Assembly: GCA_002269645.1 (NCBI GenBank)
Contig: NIVC01002704.1
Location: 1-31,298, forward strand
Source of the DNA: Macrostomum lignano
Taxonomy: Eukaryota
Length of the DNA stretch: 31,298 nt
Direction of reading: 5' to 3'
Below are positions 22,301 to 31,298 of the stretch, piece by piece. The notes beneath the pieces were generated by a model that was not told where the DNA came from, searched no databases, and saw only the letters and a list, made by a program, of their open reading frames with translations. Each line of letters opens with the position of its first letter. Within the stretch, counting starts at the first letter, position 1. A program made the translations under genes and the position numbers.

Positions 22301-25300
22301 GGGCGCCCCTGTCTCTTGTTGGGCGCCCCTGTCTCTTGGTGGGAGCCCTTTTTTCTTTCTGGGTGTGGGCGCCCCTGTTTCTTGGTGAGCGCCCCTGTCT
22401 CTTGGTGGGAGCCCTTTGTCTTTCTGGGTGTGGGCGCCCCTGTCTCTTGGTGAGCGCCCCTTTCTCTTGGTGGGTGCTCTTTGCCTTTCTGGGTGTGGGC
22501 GCCCCGTCTCTTGGTGAGCGCCCCTGTCTCTTGGTGGGTGAACCTGTCTCTTGGTGAGCGCCCCTGTCTTTTGTTGGGCGCCTATGTCTCTTGTTGGGCG
22601 CCCCTGTCTCTTGGTGGGCGCCCCTGTCTCTTGGTGGGCGCCCCTGTCTCTTGGTGGGCGCCCCTGTCTCTTGGTGAGCGCCCCTGTCTCTTGTTGGGCG
22701 CCCCTGTCTTTTGGTTGGCGCCCCTGTCTCTTGGTGGGCGCCCCTGTTCTGGTGGGCGCCCCTGTCTCTTGGTGAGCGCCCCTGTCTCTTGGTGGGTGCC
22801 CCTGTCTCTTGGTGAGCGCCCCTATCTCTTGTTGGGCGCCCCTGTCTCTTGTTGGGCGCCCCTGTCTTTTGTTGGGCGCCCTTGTCTCTTGTTGGGCGCC
22901 TCTGTCTCTTGGTGAGCGCCCCTTTCTTTTGGTGAGCGCCCCTGTCTCTTGGTGGACGCCCCTGTCTCTTGGTGGGCGCCCCTGTCTCTTGGTGAGCGCC
23001 CCTGTCTCTTGTTGGGCGCCCCTGTCTCTTGGTGGGAGCCCTTTGTCTTTCTGGGTGTGGGCGCCCCTGTTTCTTGGTGGGAGCCCTTTGTCTTTCTGGG
23101 TGTGGGCGCCCCTGTCTCTTGGTGGGTGCCCCTGTCTCTTGGTGAGCGCCCCTGTCTCTTGGTGGGTGCCCTGTCTCTTGGTGAGCGCCCCTATCTCTTG
23201 TTGGGCGCCCCTGTCTCTTGTTGGGCGCCCCTGTCTCTTGTTGGGCGCCCCTGTCTCTTGGTGGGAGCCCTTTGTCTTTCTGGGTGTGGGCGCCCCTGTC
23301 TCTTGGTGGGTGCCCCTGTCTCTTGGTGGGTGCCCCTGTCTCTTGTGAGCGCCCCTGTCTCTTGGTGGGTGCCCTGTCTCTTGGTGAGCGCCCCTATCTC
23401 TTGTTGGGCGCCCCTGTCTCTTGTTGGGCGCCCCTGTCTCTTGTTGGGCGCCCCTGTCTCTTGTTGGGCGCCCCTGTCTCTTGTTGGGCGCCCCTGTCTC
23501 TTGGTGGGAGCCCTTTTTTCTTTCTGGGTGTGGGCGCCCCTGTTTCTTGGTGAGCGCCCCTGTCTCTTGGTGGGAGCCCTTTGTCTTTCTGGGTGTGGGC
23601 GCCCCTGTCTCTTGGTGAGCGCCCCTTTCTCTTGGTGGGTGCTCTTTGCCTTTCTGGGTGTGGGCGCCCCCGTCTCTTGGTGAGCGCTCCTGTCTCTTGG
23701 TGGGTGAACCTGTCTCTTGGTGAGCGCCCCTGTCTTTTGTTGGGCGCCTATGTCTCTTGTTGGGCGCCCCTGTCTCTTGTTGGGCGCCCCTGTCTCTTGG
23801 TGGGCGCCCCTGTTCTGGTGGGTGCCCCTGTCTCTTGGTGAGCGCCCCTGTCTTTTGTTGGGCGCCTATGTCTCTTGTTGGGCGCCCCTGTCTCTTGTTG
23901 GGCGCCCCTGTCTCTTGGTGGGCGCCCCTGTTCTGGTGGGTGCCCCTGTCTCTTGGTGAGCGCCCCTGTCTTTTGTTGGGCGCCCCTGTCTTTTGTTGGG
24001 CGCCCTCTCTCTTGGAAAAAAAGTTGAATAAGTGGAAAAAGTTGAGCTTTTGTTTTAGTTCAATTTTTGGGAGGGGCGATCAAGGGCGGGAGTGTCCCCT
24101 GGCCCTCCCTTTCTGTCTTTCCTCCCTACAGTTGTTCAGGTGTGTACATTCAGCTGTACATACAATGGTGGATGGTGGCCCACGGTTCACTAATCGTGCT
24201 AATTGAGAGTCAGAAGTCGCAGAATGGCTAAGGTACACTTGGGTTTCCAGCTCTGGTGCAATAAATTTGACGCAAAACTGCGCAATTCCGAGGGCCTTTT
24301 ACGAATCTCTCTGCCAGGGCTGCCTGACAGGACAGAATGAATTAAATCGAGCCTGATGCTGAAATTGGTCTAAAAATTAATAAAATCGCTCTATAATTGC
24401 GAAATATCTAATATTCTACAAGTTTTAATTTGAACCGAAAAAATCATAACCGCTACTTTCGACTACTATAAGTAGTAAGCATGTGCACATTTGGATTCTC
24501 ATAGCTCTGCATTCTCAAGTATTTAATAAAACATTTTATTAGTAGTGAGGCATCTAGGCTCCCATTACAGTACAGTAATCTGCATCAGAGTCTCGTGTTG
24601 TATTCTAAATTATTCACATTTTCCCGTGCAGTTACTTTCCTTCTCGCTCCGCATGTCTATTAGAGTTGTCTCCGTGCAGCTTTTATTGGCCAACGGTCAC
24701 CATCTGACCACATGCACACGGATGCAGCAGGCCTTGCCCTCAAGCATATTACTGCGAACATCTTATAATCCTTCCTCTCTGACAAGTCGCGGCAATCAAA
24801 CCTTCTCGTTTTGCTCCTTTCTATTAAGTTCGTCCTGTACAGTTCATAAATAGCTTATGACGAAGTTAAAGAACCTAAATAAAGGATCAAAAGTCCCTGA
24901 GTGACCTCAGGCTGTACAAAACAGATACAGAAGATCTTCTGTGTCATTCTAAATACCGGCGGATTCGTCATTTAATGAGCCTCAACTATACAATTCTGCC
25001 GTGCTAAACGACTGCAATAAGCGAGGCTTCGTGCACTTGAAAAACGGAGTCGCAGGAGGCAAGAGATTCTATGCTGTACAGAGCTTGCTGGTTTTGAAAG
25101 TCTCGTGCTAGGTCAAACTGCCCACACGCTCGTAAAGTTTAGGCTATTAAAACCGCCGAACTACCCTGTGCATTCGCGGCCTCACTCAACCAAACACACA
25201 CTCTCTCTCTCTCTCCCGCATCCAACTCGACTAGAAAAGAAAATCTGTGGAAAGAGAGAATCGGGGGTCGAGTGGGGTACGCAGGGCCTGTGCAAGGAGA

Positions 25301-28300
25301 AGTATAGTGTGACATTTTACCGCGTACAGAGCCAGAGTTCTTCTGCGAATAGAGCTGACACCAAAAGCATTCGATTGTAATACTGGAGTCGACCAAATCT
25401 TCCTTTACAAACTGATCGCTTCTTATCTTGGAGTTTGCCCGCATGGTCTGTCTTTCTTCTAAACTGCGATAATAGCAAGCTGACTTTGCACGCAGCCAAG
25501 GGAACGATCAAATCTTTTGCAACAGTCGGTTTCAACGCGCCAGCTCAGATCTTCTCTGTCAAAAGAGGCCCAAGAGCTGCTGCAAATGGGCTGCGTCCAG
25601 TCCTGCAGCCGACGTTCGAGGGAGCTGAACAGCTCTGCGACGGCTGAGGGGCACGACGGCTATGACCCGTCCGAGCCGACGGCCACCTCGGCCAAGTACA
25701 TTTACATACCGCCAGTTCACACAGAGGCCGCGCCTGTTGAACCAGACTCTACCGAAAGGAACAACCCAAACAGTTGTCAGGACTCAAACAATAATGGCCG
25801 GGACGAGAGCGGCAACGATGCAGGAGGTATTTTAACTCTTGAAGCTTAGGATTATCAAGGACTTTGGCTTCATGTTCAAGTTCCTTTTACCGTTGATTGT
25901 TGCTCTCACTCTGAGAACAGGAATTTTATCTAAGAAATTGAAATTTCAAATCATCTACGTGTATTTATTATTTAGGTTTTATTAGAAATGAGCTGGAGGC
26001 TGTTAAAAGAGCAAAGTACGTGTTTGAGTTTCTCTAGAGGAAGCATAGTGCTGTATGGACTTTTTCCATAGACAAATGAGTGGTCTGTGAAACCTCCACA
26101 ATAGCTATCCGGCCGCTCAAGGTTTGGTCTCATCTCAGCTCTCTTCTTTCTCTCTCTTCTCTCCTCTCTCATTTTCCCTTCCCCTATCGTCGCTCTCTCC
26201 TCTCCCCTATAGTCTCCTCTCCCCTTTCGTCTCTCTTCACTCATCTCCCCTCTCCTTTCCACTCGCCTCTCTCCCTCTCCACTCTCTCCTCTCTCCTCTC
26301 TCCCATCCCCTCCCCTCTCTCTCCTCTCTCTCTCTCCTCTCCCCTCTTTCCACTCATCTCCCCTCTCCCCTCCTCCTCCCCATCCCCTCGTCTCTCCCCT
26401 CTCTCCACTCATCTCCCCTCTCCTCTCTCCTCTCATCTCTCCCTCTCCCCTCCTCTCCCGTCTCCTCTTTCTCCTCTCTCCCATCCCCTCCCCTCTCTCT
26501 CCTCTCTCCTCTCCTCTCCCCCTCTCCCCTCCTCTCCCGTCTCCTCTTTCTCCTCTCTCCCATCCTCTCCCCTCCTCCCCCATCCCTCGTCTCTCCCCGG
26601 CCTCTTCAAGCTCCTCTCCTCTCTCAGGCTCTTGCGCTAGATACTATTTCTAGCATTTAAGGTTCGAAAAAGTTTACCGACCCCCTGGCTTAGAAATTGA
26701 ATTCTCCGTCCAGTTTACTTTTCTAATTCTACCTTCCCCTCTTTTTCATCCTAGGGCAAACAGGAATTAATTAGCAGAGTTCGCAAATTCCTGTCTAAAC
26801 CTAGCGGATAAAAATATGAGACCGGTGCTTCCTTACCTCCGCACTGTAATATGACCCTAAATGTACATAACTGGGTCTTTTAAAGTTCAAATTAACACAG
26901 TCGCTTTTATTCTGAGTGATAGGAACAGTCCTTTTAATATTTTCGTGCAAGACACGACTATAGAAATTCGTTCGATTTTGTAACTGCCAGAAGCCTTCAG
27001 GTTTGAATGGCATTTTGAAGCAATAAACACGTGACCTGAGAGACTCGGATACTCTCACTCAGTGCTACTCCGGTATCCTTGAAGCTGAGCTATCCTGATC
27101 AATTGCTGAGCTCTAAAAGCTGCGACATGACAGCAGCAAGCTACACTGACTCAAATCTCAATCCACCCACAGTTCCGCCGGACCATCGGGTCAGTCAGCA
27201 GCAGGTGACGTCATCAAACCACCACAATGGTCCGTCCGCAGTCACAGATGGTCCAGACTCTGTGGACAACTCGGCCAATGGAGTTCGTAGGCCTCTTCAG
27301 GATGCTGCATCGCCAGGTATTTACATGAGCATGCGTTTTCTCTTATATCTACTTAAACGTGTAGATAGGGGGTTGCAGCCTAGTGGTCAGAGCGTCGGAC
27401 TCACGACTTGAAGGTTAGGGGTTCGATTCCCTATCCTACTATGAACAATTTGTGTCCTTGAGCAAGACACTTAACTCTGCATCGCTTCAGTTCACCCAGC
27501 TGTAAAATGGGTGCCAGCATTAGCTGGGGTAACTGAGGGTGTGTGTGGCGACCCCCTCCCTGGACTGAACAGCCGTACTCAGTCTTCAGATGCGCCGCGC
27601 AATAGCTGCGGCTGAGCTGTCGGTTGCACATCTGGCCCAATTGGGGCAGGTGTAATCAATATTATATTATTATTAAACGTGTGTTTTTTCAATTGGTTTG
27701 GTTTGGTAACGTTGACTGTCTCTTCTGTTGCGACCAAATTTGTTCAAATTATCTTTTAAACTGTTGAACTTGCTGCGCAAATCGAGAAGCATATGCAAGG
27801 TTACATTGTTTGACAGTAAACTCTAGTTCAGGGCAAAATTGTGGTGCCAGGTAGCAAAACAATTAATCTCGAACCTGATAAGTCTGATGATTTGACGTAC
27901 TGAAGCAGTTCTATTTCTGAGGGTCTACAAAAACATTTTTAAGTAATACTTTATATCATTTCAACAACTGTATTTATTTTGAACCAAATGCGAGCTAAAA
28001 GCAACTGCATTCAGTCTAAATTTAGCACCCGCAGTCTTAAACCAGCTTACCATGGCATTCCTATCAGACAACCAAAGCTAACCCAACCCGTTCCTTGCTT
28101 GCGATTAAAGCAAAAATCTATTTATGTATGGTTGCTCTTGGAGTCTGATTTCTATAAGAAGACGTATACCATCTGTGTATTTATTTATATTTTTGTCTAA
28201 AAACGAACCTGCAGCATTCTCAGCATCCTCTGCAGCCTCATCAACATCCGCATCAGCAGCAGCGCCAGCAACAGCTTTGGCTCTGTTGAAGCCTCGCAGT

Positions 28301-30908
28301 CGAGTGCCGATCAGCCTCGGGAAAGCGTAGCTGAGACGCAGGCGTTGCCGGAAATTCATTGTAAGGGAAATGGCATGACGTGGCAGAATAACACGCTTGC
28401 AGAAGATGCACTTTTATTCGGACAATAACGGATTAGTTTGACTTTACCAAGCATCAGCTCAGCGGCAACGCGTGGATTGTGTTTGCCGTGTGACTCACTC
28501 ACGGTGTCTAGCCTGCCTGACGAGACAGTCAGTACATCCTGAGTGAGCGTGTGTCTGAGCGCGAACTAACAAACCAACTAAAGAGTCATTACCAGTTGTT
28601 TCGCCTTTCTAATGAAGAAACTTAGACTGGAAAACTCTTCAGAAAAGCAGGCTTTCTAAATCGATTTGCAGACATTTTACTATTCAACAGCATTTCTGTT
28701 GGATATGTCACTTAATTGCACATCTGGCACCCAACGTTCTCAAATTCTGTCAAGCTGTATGCTGCTTAAATCTCAGAAAATATTCTCTAGATGACCAAGT
28801 TTTCAAGTCAAGAGAGGCACTCAAATATGTAATTGTAGCTTTTTGACTCTAACCAATTGACTAACAGCCTAGCAACAACCGAATGCTCGACTCCCCTGCA
28901 TCCCCTGCACTGCACCCGAACTGAACTGTTTCAGGAAATTGCACGAAATGAAATTCATGCACGCTTCAGACAGGTTAAATATAGATTGATCAGTGCAGAG
29001 AGAGTGCAGTGACTGCTACAGGCCACGCCAAATCCAAAGCCCCACATTTTCTTCTCTGACACTCCAGACTCTACTAGTCATAGTCAGCCGCAGCAGCAGG
29101 AGTTCCTGCCGGTTGTCACCTTCAATCAGCCAGCAGCTTCGGTAGCAACAGTAGTGCCTGCCTTGGTAGTCAATGGTGAGTCTTTCTAAGCACATTTTTT
29201 TACAGTAAAAGTTGCAGTTCTACCGTAATGATTTTAATCTATGAACTATGCTTTGTAAGGCACATTTATTCCCTTTTACATCTAAATAATCTTAGACGGT
29301 AAATCTCGTGACCAGAAGACATGAGTCCGGGGTAATCCTCAGCTGCAATTCGATTCGAATGCAACTCCGGATTAGAGTAGGTATATACCTCGAGATCTAT
29401 TATACAATAGAATGTTGCAGCTTAGCACTCTATCCCAACCTAAATGAGTAGCTATCGAATTACACTATAGCTCCCCTGTCAAGAGTCAGGAGTCAGAGAC
29501 AATTCATAACAGTGTAGGTCGATATACTTGCATGCAAGAGGGGGGGGCAGAGCCACTGAGCGGTAAACGGGTCTGAACACCCCGTGTGAGCGCGTGTACG
29601 CGTGGCTGCCTTGCGCTTTGCGTCATTGTGCATCTCATAACCCTCCTGCAAATATTTAATATTTTAGGGACGAAGCAGGGTGTGTATTAATTTGACTTAG
29701 TTTGACCGAATTATTTCATCAACCGGCTTAAGTTTAACCGCAAAACCTTCCACCAATTCATATAAATCCCCATTTCTACCTTTAGTTTATGTCTCAATAC
29801 ATTGTATCACCAGCAATGATCTCACTTTAAATAGATAGAAGAGCGGCTGTATAAAATGAAACAATTATTTTGTGCAAATTGCCCACCAAGAAAAAAACAG
29901 GACTGAAGCAATTATGATGAAGATCGGTTGCAGAGAAAGGGAACGGAGTTTATACCATACCACATCGCGTGGGAGGGCGCTTCGGACTGAGGAGCCTAAG
30001 CATGTAGAAAACCGGGAGGTGGGGTGCGGCTTCCTGATAAGCGGAGCGAACACAGAATCTTCCCTTGGTCTAACACGGGTCGCGCGGTCCATTTGACCCA
30101 ATTCGCCAATGCAGGCAAGGACAGCATCGCAGGGCAGAAGCAGCCGCAACAGAATCGGTCCCGGTCGCCGCCGCCACCACCGCGGCCAGCTGACGGACGA
30201 CGACGACGACGACGATGATGACGAAGAAGAAGACAAGAAAGATGAGCAGCAGCAGGTGGATGCAAGTTCCGCCGCCAAGTTTAACGTCGTTGACGACGAC
30301 GGAGACAGCGACGACAGCGAACAGAGCGCCGAAGAACGCGGCTTCTACGACGATGTGGCCGAAGACAGCGACGATGACGATGACATCAGCGAAGAATTCG
30401 GCGGCTCCCGCGGCAAAACGGTATACGAGAAGGTTCGCGCCAGGGAGCCGGACCTGAGCCGCCAGCCGGACCGGGGCATCATGCGCAAGCCGGGCGAGGC
30501 CGGCCGCCTGGCCGCCAAGGTGACTCGCAAGGAGTCGCTCGCGCGCTTCCTTGAAAACCAGCGACGCGAGAGGAAGAACGGCCTCCAATTGCAACGGGTG
30601 CCGTCGCAGCTTCGACGCGAGGAGCGTCGCCGGATTGGCAACGTTCTCGAGCGACGGCTCAGCCAGCGTCCAACAGCAGAGGAGCTGGAGAATCGGAACA
30701 TTCTGCACGTCGACTCGGAGGCGGAGCTGGAGTCCGCCCGACAGCAGACCATCAGGTACCTGACGCGGAAGCTCAGCTACCGGCCAACTGTGCATGAGTT
30801 GCGGAAGCGGCGAATTATCGATTTCAATGACTACGTCGAAGTGACGGACACCGAGGAGTACGACGCGGCATCGACAAGCCGTGGACCCGGCTCACGGCAA
30901 CAGACAAG
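19195..30908 (+). CDS. PHACTR: Phosphatase and actin regulator (Phactr family) gene; last exon not found in window; two apparent 1-nt indels
   Basis: Proposed exons: 19195-19393, 25566(or ATG 25586)-25826, 27173-27316, 28292-28360 (uncertain), 29068-29175, 30115-30908. The N-terminal and C-terminal exons carry recognisable Phactr motifs; the middle exons are low-complexity and supported only by splice sites and phase. Confidence 0.75.
21395..24015. repeat. 2.6-kb minisatellite, 19-20-bp unit GGGCGCCCCTGTCTCTTG(T/G)T with interspersed ~25-bp variant units
   Basis: Seen directly; intronic in Phactr; has higher-order duplications. Confidence 0.96.
25586..25826 (+). CDS. PHACTR: Phactr exon beginning MGCVQSCS (alternative first exon, or internal exon from 25566)
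   Basis: Open frame, G|GTATTT phase-1 donor at 25827 compatible with the 27173 acceptor, and a phase-compatible AAG acceptor at 25565. Confidence 0.55.
26135..26630. repeat. CT-rich polypyrimidine low-complexity tract
   Basis: About 500 bp almost entirely C/T on the + strand. Confidence 0.92.
27363..27672 (+). mobile_element. Full-length tRNA-derived CORE-type SINE
   Basis: tRNA-like head (CCTAGTGGTCAGAGCG A-box region, GGTTCGATTCC B-box at 27420-27430, GATAGGG/CCCTATC stem). Central TGTGTCCTTGAGCAAGACACTTAAC...CAGTT...CTGTAAAATGGG resembles the MIR CORE domain. (ATT)n tail, and TSD TTAAACGTGT at 27353-27362 and 27673-27682. Confidence 0.88.
30115..30908 (+). CDS. PHACTR: Phactr C-terminal RPEL / PP1-binding exon
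   Basis: LERRLSQRPTAEELENRNIL and LTRKLSYRPTVHELRKRRII are RPEL repeats; FNDYVEV...YD and, in the shifted frame, IDKPWTRLTATDK are the PP1-binding tail. CTAAC branch point at ~30070, CAG acceptor at 30114, GTGAG donor at 30909. Confidence 0.9.
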
Positions 30909-31298
30909 GTGAGTGGATCACAATTGTGGATTCATTGAGTTTAGCAAATATGAGCACACTAATGTGAAACTGAACGCTAGGCTTAGACGAGCTCTGGATT
31001 ATGTAGCTAATAGAAGCATTTCCAAGCAAATTGCAGGCAGAAATTGAAGATTTGAATCATAGCGAACCTCCAGATCAGGGGTCGGCACCTCGAGGACCAG
31101 ATAGAGAACCTAGAGCATGACTGCCGCCAGAGAGGGAGAGAGAGGGAAGAGAGAGAAGAAGGAAAAGAGAGGAGGATGAAATCGAAGAGGAGAAGCGAGA
31201 TGTTAGAGAGGAAAGGTTGAGCGATCCGGATTGCTTTTGTGAAGTTCAAAGGACCCGGCGTCCTACTACATTTGTACATTTGTGCTCTATTGCTCATA

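Noticed and set aside
21198-24206. Dozens of overlapping ORFs and a superficial CRISPR-like regularity
   Set aside because: Head-to-tail minisatellite with no unique spacers and no cas genes, in a eukaryotic intron.
25972-26660. Glu/Arg/Gly-rich and Ser/Pro/Leu-rich ORFs
   Set aside because: Translations of the CT-rich low-complexity tract.
27363-27435. tRNA gene
   Set aside because: The tRNA-like head continues into a CORE domain, ATT tail and TSD; the anticodon stem is mismatched. It is a SINE.
29865-30795. Minus-strand ORFs of 137-241 aa
   Set aside because: Antisense shadows of the GC-rich Phactr exon.
30109-30912. Stand-alone 267-aa ORF starting at ATG 30109
   Set aside because: The ATG overlaps the splice acceptor, and both ends of the ORF are out of frame with the conserved protein; it is an internal exon.
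31030-31230. Possible final Phactr exon or LINE ORF1 coiled-coil fragment
   Set aside because: No match to the expected AAIRKELNEFK...RFHRP tail; the coiled-coil resemblance (LEDQIENLE) is too short to support a call.

Overview
Eukaryotic (metazoan) genomic DNA with GT-AG introns and no prokaryotic features. Its style suggests a flatworm such as Macrostomum, but that is only an inference. There are three gene loci, all on the + strand. (1) A DEG/ENaC channel pseudogene at 3523-7601. (2) An intact six-exon DEG/ENaC paralog at 13092-17002 (655 aa by my exon model, FaNaC-like features). About 486 bp of promoter plus exon 1 is ~99% identical between the two copies while the other exons are strongly diverged, which suggests gene conversion. 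(3) A Phactr (phosphatase and actin regulator) gene from 19195 to beyond 30908. It has a candidate alternative first exon encoding MGCVQSCS (Fyn-like acylation signal), reduced RPEL/NLS motifs, and two mutually compensating 1-nt indels in the RPEL exon. The rest is TE- and repeat-rich: Gypsy integrase and RNase H relics, a solo LTR with a 4-bp TSD, a Penelope endonuclease relic, a CORE-type tRNA-SINE (one full copy, one split copy), a 1-kb Foldback/MULE-like palindrome nested in the split SINE, a hAT MITE, and 18-bp and 19-bp minisatellites. Most long ORFs in the supplied track are repeat artefacts.
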